Shown here: positions 55,532 through 64,000 of the stretch, piece by piece | How positions within the stretch are numbered: the stretch's first letter is position 1 | How the letters are laid out: each line of letters begins with the position of its first letter | DNA from: an uncultured Anaerolineaceae bacterium | GTDB lineage: Bacteria > Chloroflexota > Anaerolineae > Anaerolineales > Villigracilaceae | Reading direction: 5' to 3' | Length of the DNA: 64,000 bases | Assembly: GCA_964610295.1 (NCBI GenBank) | Contig: CAZSVR010000012.1 | Location: 4,246-68,245, forward strand | The notes under the pieces: generated by a model | The model's input: only the letters and a program-made list of their open reading frames with translations | What the model was told of the DNA's origin: nothing | The model's database searches: none | Made by a program: the position numbers and the translations under genes

Positions 55532-57340
55532 ATGTCATTGATCAGCCTGCCTGCAGAATTTACATTGGAACGCAAGCATATTTACAACCGCACATCTGCA
55601 GTCCGCTGGATCTGGTCGCATGCGCGTGTTTACTGGTGGATCATCCTGATGATCTTCGCGGGCGCGATCGGCAACGCAGTACTGGCGGTGGTCGTGCCTG
55701 TGTTGACCGGCGACGCGTTCAATGCCATGTTGAAAACACCGCCGGATACTTCGGTGTTGTGGCCGCTGGCTTTCACGATTGGTATCTCACAAGTCATTCG
55801 AGGCGTGCTTCAACTGGGCCGCAACTTCGGCGCGGAACTCATGGCGCAAAAGATGGAGCGCGACATTCGCGATGAGTTGTATCTATCCCTGCTCGGCAAG
55901 AGTATGACCTTCCACAACCTTCAACCGGTGGGGGATACGATGGCGCGCACCACCAACGATGTACGTGAAGTGAACTATATGTTCAGCCCGGGCGTGAACC
56001 TGGTGGTTGGCTCGTTCATGTTCATCATGATGCCATTGATCTTCGCGCCGCGTTATCACATCTCGCTGATCATTACACCGGTCATATTCACGATCATCTA
56101 TTTCTTGGCCCTGGCGCGTTATCTCAAAACGCTGGCGCCCATTACAGATGAAGTGCGTGCTACATTCGGAAAGATGAACACGCATCTGTCAGAATCGCTT
56201 GACGGTGTGGAGATCATGAAAGGCGCGGCACAGGAAGGCGCGGAAGTGGAACGGTTCGTCACTAACGCGCGGCATGTGCGCAATGCCTTCGTGCAACAAG
56301 GTGACCTTGAAGCGCGCTATATCGCGAACCTGCTGCTCGGCCTGGCTTACGCGAGCGGACTGGTCCACGCCTTATTGCTCTTTCGCGCAGGCCTGATCGA
56401 CATCGGCGCGGTGATCGCGTACTTCGGTATTTTGCGTTTGCTTGAATTCCCCACTTTCACATCCACCTGGGCTTATTCGCAAATTTCACTTGGACTGTCC
56501 TCCGCGCGCCGCATCCTGGAACTGATCAATCGCGAAACGAAACTCGACCAAAACGCCTCCGGTCGGACCTCGGCCATGCGCGGCGAAATTGAATTTCGCG
56601 GCGTTTCATTCCACTATCCCTCTCCCGATGGGGCACCTAAAGGTGTGCTTCGCGAAGGGCAGGGTGAGGGAGAATCTGTTTTGCAGGATATTTCCTTCAA
56701 AGTCAAACCCGGTCAGACCGTTGCCATCGTCGGGCAAACCGGCGCGGGGAAGACCTCGCTGGTCAAATTGATCAACCGCACCTACGATTTAAAATCGGGG
56801 CAGGTCTTTATCGATGGTGTCGACGTGCGCGAATGGAACCTGGCCGCATTGCGTTCGCAAATATCCATTATTGAACAGGATATCTTTTTGTTCTCGCGTT
56901 CCTTAAGTGACAACATCGCCTTCGGAAAGCCCGGCGCAACCAAAGACGAGATCATGGCTGCCTCCATCGCGGCACAGGCACATGACTTCATCCTCGATTT
57001 TGATCGAACTTATGCGACCACCGTTGGCGAACGCGGTGTCATGCTTTCCGGCGGACAACGCCAGCGCATTGCGCTGGCGCGTGCATTCCTGACTGACCCG
57101 CGCATTCTCGTGCTGGACGACTCCACCTCTGCAATCGACTCGGCCACAGAAGATAAGATCCAACGCGCCATCTCCAACGCCGCGCGTGGACGTACCACCT
57201 TCATCATCACACATCGTCTCTCCCAGATCCGCTGGGCAGATGTCATCATCGTGCTCCGCAAGGGCAGGATCGTCGCGATCGGCTCGCACGCTGAGTTGAT
57301 GAAAACATCCGTAGCCTATTCAAGAATTTTCCGAGAATAA
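55532..57340 (+). CDS. ABC exporter (TMD+NBD) subunit 1 with a 16-aa repeat-derived insertion
   Basis: GQTGAGKT, LSGGQRQR, LVLDD; TACAAT 6 nt before the ATG. Confidence 0.92.
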   Translation: MSLISLPAEFTLERKHIYNRTSAVRWIWSHARVYWWIILMIFAGAIGNAVLAVVVPVLTGDAFNAMLKTPPDTSVLWPLAFTIGISQVIRGVLQLGRNFGAELMAQKMERDIRDELYLSLLGKSMTFHNLQPVGDTMARTTNDVREVNYMFSPGVNLVVGSFMFIMMPLIFAPRYHISLIITPVIFTIIYFLALARYLKTLAPITDEVRATFGKMNTHLSESLDGVEIMKGAAQEGAEVERFVTNARHVRNAFVQQGDLEARYIANLLLGLAYASGLVHALLLFRAGLIDIGAVIAYFGILRLLEFPTFTSTWAYSQISLGLSSARRILELINRETKLDQNASGRTSAMRGEIEFRGVSFHYPSPDGAPKGVLREGQGEGESVLQDISFKVKPGQTVAIVGQTGAGKTSLVKLINRTYDLKSGQVFIDGVDVREWNLAALRSQISIIEQDIFLFSRSLSDNIAFGKPGATKDEIMAASIAAQAHDFILDFDRTYATTVGERGVMLSGGQRQRIALARAFLTDPRILVLDDSTSAIDSATEDKIQRAISNAARGRTTFIITHRLSQIRWADVIIVLRKGRIVAIGSHAELMKTSVAYSRIFRE

Positions 57341-57346
57341 CTACAC

Positions 57347-57436
57347 ATGTCGTTGCGAGGACGATCCTCCTTCGTCCGAAGCAATCTCCAAATAAATCGG
57401 GGATTGCTTCGTCGCTATCGCTCCTCGCAATGACAT
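57347..57436. repeat. GTCGTTGCGAG/CGAAGCAATC/CTCGCAATGAC REP-type element
   Basis: Same family as 51557 and 10084. Confidence 0.8.
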
Positions 57437-57449
57437 AGAAGAGAGAATT

Positions 57450-59264
57450 ATGGGATTCTTTACCGGATTAAACGACGAAAAATATGACCGCCAGTATACA
57501 GACCGTGTACTGGTGCGTCGCATGATCGGTTATTTCAACACGCAAACCAGGAGATTGGGGTTTGCATCGATCGTCATTATGGTACTGGCAGTCATCGGCG
57601 CGTCTCTACCCGTCGTCGTCAGCCGTATGGTGGATCTACTGCGCGAACAGCCGTCGCTCACATCGATCGGATTGGTAGGCCTGGCATTGGTGATCGTGGG
57701 GGTTGGCCTGTGGGCATTGAACTGGTTACGGCGCGCCCTGATCGTACGCGCCGTTGGAGATGTGGTGCTGGATATGCGCGCACGCGCCTTCCGCGCGGCG
57801 GCCGAACATGACCTTTCCTTCTACGACCAATTCTCCTCGGGCCGCATCGTCTCACGCATCACATCAGACACAAATGATTTTGGGCAGCTCGTTGTGATTA
57901 TCACAGACGTGGTCGCTCAAATAATTCAAGCCATTTTAATTGCCATCGTACTCTTTCGCACCGAATGGCGGCTCGCACTACTTCTCATCGGATTCCTGCC
58001 CATCGTCTTTGGGATTGCATCAGGTTTTCGCGAGCTTGCCCGCCGCGTGACTAAACGCGGCATGCAGGCCATGTCCGACGTGAACGCGGCCATCAAGGAA
58101 ACCATCAGTGGGATCTCGATCGCCAAGAATTTCCGTCAGGAAGAAGGTATTTTTAAATCGTTCGACGAATCGAATCAACAATCGTATCATGTCAATGTGC
58201 GGCGCGGCTTCGTTCTTTCGCTCGTCTTCCCCACGCTCAACGCGGTGAGCGGCATCTTTGTGGGCGTGCTTATTTATGTGGGCGGCTTTAGCGCGGTGCA
58301 GGGCGCGGTCAGCATCGGTGCGTGGTATCTCTTCATCATGAGCCTCGACCAGTTCTTCTTCCCCATTTTGAATCTCACCTCATTCTGGGCGCAGATCCAG
58401 GGAGGTTTGTCGGCCGCAGAACGCGTGTTTGCCTTGATCGACGCGGATCCGAATGTCATTCAGCAGGAAAAGCAGGACGTACCGCGTCTCAAAGGAGAGA
58501 TCCGTTTTGAGAACATGTACTTCCGTTATTCGGATAAAGAACCGGTCCTGACGGACTTCAACCTGCTCGTTCAACCCGGAGAGACGCTCGCCCTGGTCGG
58601 TCACACCGGCGCGGGGAAATCGTCGATCGCAAAGTTGATCGCGCGCTTTTATGAATATCAACAGGGGCGTCTGCTGATCGACGGACGCGATATCCGCACC
58701 TTTGACCTGAGTCAATATCGCAGGCAACTTGGCATTGTGTCACAAGTCCCATTTTTATTTTCAGGAACGATCGCAGAGAACATCCGTTACGCCGCGCCGG
58801 GAGTGCCCGAAGAAGAAATGCTCAAACTCTCAAGACGTATCGGTGACGGTGAATGGCTTGAGACCCTGCCGAAGGGATTACAGACCGAAGTCGGCGAGCG
58901 CGGCAACCGACTTTCGATGGGGCAACGTCAGCTCGTCGCGCTGATGCGCGTGCTTGTCCAAAACCCCGCCATTTTCATTTTGGATGAAGCCACCGCCAGC
59001 ATTGACCCATTTACCGAATGGCAGATCCAGCAGGCATTGAATCTAATTCTAAAGAATAGCACCAGCATCCTGATCGCACACCGCCTATCCACGGTCAAGG
59101 CCGCGGACCGCATCGTGGTCATGCAAAAGGGGACGATCATCGAGGAAGGCAGCCACGATGGATTGCTGAAACAGAACGGCCATTACGCAGAGTTGTACAA
59201 CACCTATTTCAGGCATCAGTCCCTTGCCTACGTGGAACAGATGAAGGAAATGATCAGCAAGTAA
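57450..59264 (+). CDS. ABC exporter subunit 2 (heterodimer partner)
   Basis: GHTGAGKS, LSMGQRQ, ILDEAT. Confidence 0.93.
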   Translation: MGFFTGLNDEKYDRQYTDRVLVRRMIGYFNTQTRRLGFASIVIMVLAVIGASLPVVVSRMVDLLREQPSLTSIGLVGLALVIVGVGLWALNWLRRALIVRAVGDVVLDMRARAFRAAAEHDLSFYDQFSSGRIVSRITSDTNDFGQLVVIITDVVAQIIQAILIAIVLFRTEWRLALLLIGFLPIVFGIASGFRELARRVTKRGMQAMSDVNAAIKETISGISIAKNFRQEEGIFKSFDESNQQSYHVNVRRGFVLSLVFPTLNAVSGIFVGVLIYVGGFSAVQGAVSIGAWYLFIMSLDQFFFPILNLTSFWAQIQGGLSAAERVFALIDADPNVIQQEKQDVPRLKGEIRFENMYFRYSDKEPVLTDFNLLVQPGETLALVGHTGAGKSSIAKLIARFYEYQQGRLLIDGRDIRTFDLSQYRRQLGIVSQVPFLFSGTIAENIRYAAPGVPEEEMLKLSRRIGDGEWLETLPKGLQTEVGERGNRLSMGQRQLVALMRVLVQNPAIFILDEATASIDPFTEWQIQQALNLILKNSTSILIAHRLSTVKAADRIVVMQKGTIIEEGSHDGLLKQNGHYAELYNTYFRHQSLAYVEQMKEMISK

Positions 59265-59300
59265 ACAATCATCGTTCCCGCCGGAAACATCGCCGAACAT

Positions 59301-61928
59301 CTAGGGCACAGGACTTGTTGTGGGTGTATTCGTAGTTATCGGCAATGGCGCAGCGGATAGGGAGTCAATGATGAACCGCGCCTGCGCGATCAAATCGTCT
59401 GCGGCTTCATCGCTGATGTTTCCATCTTTGTGATCGTGCCCTCCTTGATCGTTTTTACCACCGTTATTGTGATCGTTATCGTGGTGGTTCCCGTCGTCGT
59501 TGCCGTTATCGTCATGGTCGTCGTGCCCATCATTATGATCGTGATGGTTTCTGTCACGCTGGGCTTCCACCTCGTTAATAAAGGCTTGCAATTGATCAAT
59601 GGCCTTGGCGGGTTTTCCCTTCGCCAGGTTCTTTTCTGCAGCATCAATTTTGCTCAACAGGCTCTTTTGTAGTTTTGCGTCGATCTGGCGATCAGCTGCA
59701 TAATCCTTGACACTGGCCCGCAGATTGGCCAACAGATTGACAGGCAAAAGAGTGGGGGTGGATGTAATTTCTGGTGTGGATGTTTCCGTCTCGGTGGCGG
59801 TGGGTGTGGCAATCGGTGATTCCGTTGCGGTAGGCGCTGGGGTTTCAGTGGGTGTATTCGCGGGAGTGTAAGTTGCTGTTACGCTTGGCGTATCGGTCGG
59901 CATGGATGTGGGTGTGTCCGTAGGCGTGGCCGTGGAGGTGGGAGTGGATGCAGGCGCCTCTCCAAGGACGAGCGTGGCACTGGCAGCGGATGTGCCTCCA
60001 TCCTCGTCAGCCACAGTAAATGTCACTTGATACGTGCCGGCCAGTTCGTAGGTATGCGTCGCCTCCAGGCTTTGACCCGCCACCGGCCCCGAGCCATCCC
60101 CAAAGTCCCAGGTGATCGTATGTGTATCCAGTTCGCCGGGGTCATAGACTGAGCCTGTGAATGTGATCGTCTCGCCGGCATCCGGGTCGAATGGATTGTA
60201 ATAAAAATCCACACTTGGCGCGACGTTTTGAACGGTGATCGTGACCGAATCCGTGGCGCTCAGCCCGTGGATATCGGTGACAGTTAACCGGGCAGTGAAG
60301 GTGCCCTCGTCTTTGTAAATATGATCGACGAGAAGCGCAGTGCCAGGGGGAGTTCCATCGCCAAAATCCCAACTGTAAGTGTGGTCAAGCGGGCTGTCGG
60401 GATCAGTGACCTCCGCAGAGAGAACGAGATACTCTCCCTCGCTGGTAGTGAAGTCTTCCCCGACATTCACTTGTGGAGCCTGAGGCTGGATCGCCGTGAG
60501 GCGGAATGGGGCGGTGGGAGGAATACCAGCCGAACTGCCGACATGAATGCTATATGGATAATACGCGCCATCGATCATCAGGCGCACAGTTATTTCTGTC
60601 ACGGACGGATCTGGTTTGAAACTGACCTTATCTTCGCTATTCGATTCCGTTGCATCGATCACCAACGCATCTCCATCGGCGCTGACGGAATCGCCCGCTT
60701 CCAATCCAATTTGTTGAAGCACCGTAAAGGGAGCATCGGCTTTGATTTCGCCAGTGAAGGTGTGAGGCTCTCCATCAGCGGACCAGGCCAGGGTCCATTC
60801 GAAGGTATCCGGGTCCACCCACAGATAATATCCCTTGGAATGACCGGGCTGGTAATTCGGCGCTCCAGGCAGGTCGAATGGGAATTCGGGTGATTCAGCA
60901 GGAAGAGGACCGTAATATGCCAGGCCGGTATCATAAGCCGCCAGCCACAAGCCGCCTCCATCGTCCATAGCCACATCCAGCACGTCGTCTTCGGGCAGGG
61001 GAGAATTGGAGATGGTGTACGTTTGCCAGTCACTTAAATTCGCAGATAGCCGCGCGGCCCCGCCACCCAATGTGCCGAACCAATAATTGCCCTGTGGATC
61101 GACATAAACACGTTGTATGAAATTACTGGATATCCCAGAGTTGGACGTATCGTAGACGGTCCAGTTGGAATTGGACGCATCCAGCACGACCACGCCGGAA
61201 CCATCCGTGGCGAACCATTTGTTGCCGGCCGCGTCGATCGCAATATCTGTGACCGCCTGGTTGGGCTTGAACGCCCCGGTTTGCAGCGGATCGGGAATCT
61301 GCACTGGCAGGGTGTAGCTGACCCACGTATCGCCCTGTAAATTGGCTACGCCATACCCAACCGTACCGGCCCAGGGAGAACCGCCGTTTGAAGCAATGGC
61401 GTAGATATCGTCGTAAGGCAAATTCGAATTGGCCTTGTTATAAGTCGTCCAGCTGCCGCCGGAATAGCGCGAGACACCACCGCCCAACGTGGCCAGCCAC
61501 GCCTCACCGCCATTGAGGGAGAGGTCCCAGGCATTTTCGCCGGCAATGCCCGGGGGTGTGAGATCTGTAAAACTTGCACCATCGCTCGTGAGGTTAAGAC
61601 TGCCATCTTGAAGCGCCAACCACTTCTGCCCATCCCCATCCACCGCAATGGATAGGACATGATCCCCACCGAGGCCATCTGCCGTGGTATGGCTCGCTGA
61701 TTGGCCGGTTTCCAGGTTCCATTGGGTGAGACCGCCTTTGTAATGCCCGGCCCATAGTGCAGAACCATCCCAAGCCACACGCTGCACCGGGGTGCTTGTT
61801 TCCCATACCACCCAGCCGGTTTCCGATTGTTGGAACATGACCTTCAAGGCATAGGAAATAAATTGAGGCAAAAACGCAAGCGCGAGGATGACGGCAATTG
61901 AGGATGATTTGGCGGAGAATTTTTTCAT
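59301..61928 (-). CDS. Secreted beta-propeller/PKD/FIMAH-like protein with P/T linker and His/Asp-rich loop
   Basis: Signal peptide; D..G..WF.T.GG repeats; two SWDFGDG PKD motifs. Confidence 0.8.
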   Translation of the reverse strand: MKKFSAKSSSIAVILALAFLPQFISYALKVMFQQSETGWVVWETSTPVQRVAWDGSALWAGHYKGGLTQWNLETGQSASHTTADGLGGDHVLSIAVDGDGQKWLALQDGSLNLTSDGASFTDLTPPGIAGENAWDLSLNGGEAWLATLGGGVSRYSGGSWTTYNKANSNLPYDDIYAIASNGGSPWAGTVGYGVANLQGDTWVSYTLPVQIPDPLQTGAFKPNQAVTDIAIDAAGNKWFATDGSGVVVLDASNSNWTVYDTSNSGISSNFIQRVYVDPQGNYWFGTLGGGAARLSANLSDWQTYTISNSPLPEDDVLDVAMDDGGGLWLAAYDTGLAYYGPLPAESPEFPFDLPGAPNYQPGHSKGYYLWVDPDTFEWTLAWSADGEPHTFTGEIKADAPFTVLQQIGLEAGDSVSADGDALVIDATESNSEDKVSFKPDPSVTEITVRLMIDGAYYPYSIHVGSSAGIPPTAPFRLTAIQPQAPQVNVGEDFTTSEGEYLVLSAEVTDPDSPLDHTYSWDFGDGTPPGTALLVDHIYKDEGTFTARLTVTDIHGLSATDSVTITVQNVAPSVDFYYNPFDPDAGETITFTGSVYDPGELDTHTITWDFGDGSGPVAGQSLEATHTYELAGTYQVTFTVADEDGGTSAASATLVLGEAPASTPTSTATPTDTPTSMPTDTPSVTATYTPANTPTETPAPTATESPIATPTATETETSTPEITSTPTLLPVNLLANLRASVKDYAADRQIDAKLQKSLLSKIDAAEKNLAKGKPAKAIDQLQAFINEVEAQRDRNHHDHNDGHDDHDDNGNDDGNHHDNDHNNGGKNDQGGHDHKDGNISDEAADDLIAQARFIIDSLSAAPLPITTNTPTTSPVP

Positions 61929-61967
61929 GGCGAATTCCTTGCAGTTATAGCGACTTCGCTTCAATCA

Positions 61968-62540
61968 TTAGCAAATCTGATCTTGCGGAGGATAGCCGGA
62001 AAGTTTTGGTGATTTTGCGATCATATGATATTCTTCGATAAATCGAATATATTGTTCCCAGATATCTGTATAGCGCAGATCAAAGAGCTTAAACAGGCGC
62101 AGACTATAATGCTCCCAAATAGCCGCATGCATGCTTATCAGCCATTCAGGCTGATTATGTTCTAAGCTCTTTCCAAGTTCAGATTCCTTAAATTGTTCAG
62201 CCACATTTGGCCATTTTCCCAGATACAACTGATCCACGGCTTGTTGAGGAGATAACCCATCTAGGAAATTAAGCGCTCCTTTAATATCATGCCAACAATA
62301 GCATTCCATATCATGCAGAGTCATAACCCATTTATCGTTTGGTGCGTGCAACCTTCCGTAGTAAATTGAAATACTGTTTCCTGTATACATATCCCATCCC
62401 TGCCATACAAACTTTACCCGGCACCATTGTGAATTGTAAATAATGGTTAAATCTGTTTTTACGCTCTCGGTAAAGTTCCAATCCTGAAGCGGCAAAGAGC
62501 GCTGAATAAGATTTGTTAAGGCAGGAGTATTTAGTTTCAT
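61968..62540 (-). CDS. Putative immunity protein, paralogue 2
   Basis: Shares WCR, GWDMY, YYGRLHA, CYCWHDIK, QPEWLI and WEHY with 62559-63161; AT-rich. Confidence 0.55.
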   Translation of the reverse strand: MKLNTPALTNLIQRSLPLQDWNFTESVKTDLTIIYNSQWCRVKFVWQGWDMYTGNSISIYYGRLHAPNDKWVMTLHDMECYCWHDIKGALNFLDGLSPQQAVDQLYLGKWPNVAEQFKESELGKSLEHNQPEWLISMHAAIWEHYSLRLFKLFDLRYTDIWEQYIRFIEEYHMIAKSPKLSGYPPQDQIC

Positions 62541-62558
62541 TGGAAGAATCGTAATTTT

Positions 62559-63161
62559 TTAACAAGCTTTATAAAGAGGAGGATCAATAGGAATAGGGCC
62601 CTTATTAACTAGTCGGTGATATTTTTTAAGAAAATCAACATATTTTTCCCATAAATCAGGACGTCGCAGGTCAAACATTTCTAAAAAACGTTGTCCATAA
62701 TGCTCCCAGGCTACGGCATGCATTCTTATAAGCCACTCAGGTTGTTTATCAACCAAACTTTTTCCAACTTCTGATTCTTTGAATTCCTCCATCACTCGCG
62801 GCCACTGCCCATGCACATATAATTGTTCAAATGCTTCTTTGGGAGATAGCCCATCTAAAACATTAATTACCATTTTTATATCGTGCCAACAATAACATTC
62901 TTCACCCTTCCACTTCATTGTAAATTTATCGCTCACCGCATGCAACCTGCCATAGTAAACCATTACAGTATCACCTGCATACATATCCCACCCTTCCCAT
63001 AGAAGTTTTAGGCGACACCATTCAGAATCGTAAATCACAATTGGGTGAGGAGCAACCAAGCGGTCACTTTGCCGGAAGTCCCAGGAATTGAGAGGCAAGA
63101 ATTGTTCGGCGATTTCAATCATTTCATTGCATTTCAATTCATATTTTTCATTTCGATTCAT
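62559..63161 (-). CDS. Putative immunity protein, paralogue 1
   Basis: Directly after the toxin-like ORF; Trp/Cys-rich; AT-rich. Confidence 0.55.
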   Translation of the reverse strand: MNRNEKYELKCNEMIEIAEQFLPLNSWDFRQSDRLVAPHPIVIYDSEWCRLKLLWEGWDMYAGDTVMVYYGRLHAVSDKFTMKWKGEECYCWHDIKMVINVLDGLSPKEAFEQLYVHGQWPRVMEEFKESEVGKSLVDKQPEWLIRMHAVAWEHYGQRFLEMFDLRRPDLWEKYVDFLKKYHRLVNKGPIPIDPPLYKAC

Positions 63162-63175
63162 CTGTCCTCCAATAT

Positions 63176-64000
63176 CTAGGGGTTAATAAGTCTTAACGAA
63201 TTAGTACTGTTATTTGGGATTGGGAGCAATATTTGATATCCATTTGCACGAAGGAGCTTTAGTTCTTGCATGCGTCCAGGCATGTTACTTACTCCTAAGA
63301 GAGTTTTTATTGTATTATCGTCTGCACCAGCCCAAATCGCATTTATTGCGCTAATTTCTTTGGATTGATCAGGAACATCAAATAAGGAATACTCAAAAGG
63401 CATCCTACTATTTATAGGCGTGAGTAATGCTTGTTCATTTACAGACCATAATATCTTGCCGCGCTCAACCGAATCAGGAAAACGGTCTTGTAAGATATTA
63501 TATATCTCCGGATGAGATGAGTAAAATTTACTTCCTCCGCCGAAAACTTCGGTATACCTTGCGTATAGAATGTATCCACCATCATAGTCGTTGAATTTAC
63601 CTAAAATAAATCGGCCTCCGCTTCCGTTCGTGGAGTTTGCAGCTATTTCTCTAATTAGTCTCATTGCAGCAGGGTCATTTGCAAGATTATTGAAATCCAA
63701 TGGTCCTAGTCTTAATAATTCATCCAATTTCCCTAATGCGATCGCGTCTTTCCCTGCACGCTGAGCTAGCTCTTTAGCTATTGCATCATTGCGCAAAATA
63801 GGTCTTCCGGCACCATCTACTAGTGCCCCTCCCGGAAAATCAATGCCCCACCCTGCAAGAGAGCGTACTGCTTCCGGTCCTTTTTTCACTGCAACATCAA
63901 TTGCTTCTTTACTAACTGCTGCATCCCCCAAATTTTTGAAAATAATTCCCGTCAATTCGTCCGGAGTGTCTACATATCTCGTAACCAGTATTGCAAGATT
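63176..64000 (-). CDS. 3' end of a longer gene; putative polymorphic-toxin C-terminal domain
   Basis: Frame stays open to the window edge (NLAILVTRYVDTPDELTG...); AT-rich; followed by duplicated small genes. Confidence 0.5.
   Translation of the reverse strand, partial: NLAILVTRYVDTPDELTGIIFKNLGDAAVSKEAIDVAVKKGPEAVRSLAGWGIDFPGGALVDGAGRPILRNDAIAKELAQRAGKDAIALGKLDELLRLGPLDFNNLANDPAAMRLIREIAANSTNGSGGRFILGKFNDYDGGYILYARYTEVFGGGSKFYSSHPEIYNILQDRFPDSVERGKILWSVNEQALLTPINSRMPFEYSLFDVPDQSKEISAINAIWAGADDNTIKTLLGVSNMPGRMQELKLLRANGYQILLPIPNNSTNSLRLINP

Noticed and set aside
59430-59900. Low-complexity tandem repeats as a mobile or regulatory array
   Set aside because: They encode the His/Asp loop and Pro/Thr linker of the PKD protein.
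1-64000. tRNA, rRNA, tmRNA, prophage or integrase genes
   Set aside because: No cloverleaf, rRNA signature or phage/integrase motifs found by eye; a tRNAscan/Infernal run would be decisive.

Overview
Mostly housekeeping chromosome from a GC-rich bacterium whose gene content points to Chloroflexota/Anaerolineales (inference). Core genes include hutH, a ParC-like topoisomerase A subunit, a stand-alone rpoC, a class A PBP, panC, ssb, aspA-family lyase, ilvE, moaA, PIN/TRAM, cysS, rlmB and an ABC exporter pair. I found no tRNA, rRNA or CRISPR array. Four things stand out. (1) At two loci a cargo gene sits between an orphaned 5' stump of a host gene and a diverged replacement start of the same gene: a REP-flanked RAYT transposase in hutH (471-1271) and a PstS-like lipoprotein in rlmB (49481-51010). 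No integrase is present, so these look like start-replacement cassettes. (2) About ten families of short palindromic elements nest inside one another, up to three layers deep, and repeatedly sit in frame inside protein-coding genes (RAYT, GH5, GH1, an APH-like kinase, an ABC ATPase). (3) A putative compatible-solute cluster (GH63-like hydrolase, GT4, USP-GpgS, NhaP antiporter) is followed by two c-di-AMP receptor paralogues. (4) An AT-rich toxin-like C-terminus with two paralogous immunity-like genes lies at the right edge. Several gene stumps and point lesions (internal TAG, -1 frameshift, ACG at a start position) could be real decay or assembly error. All product calls come from motif recognition; no database search was run.
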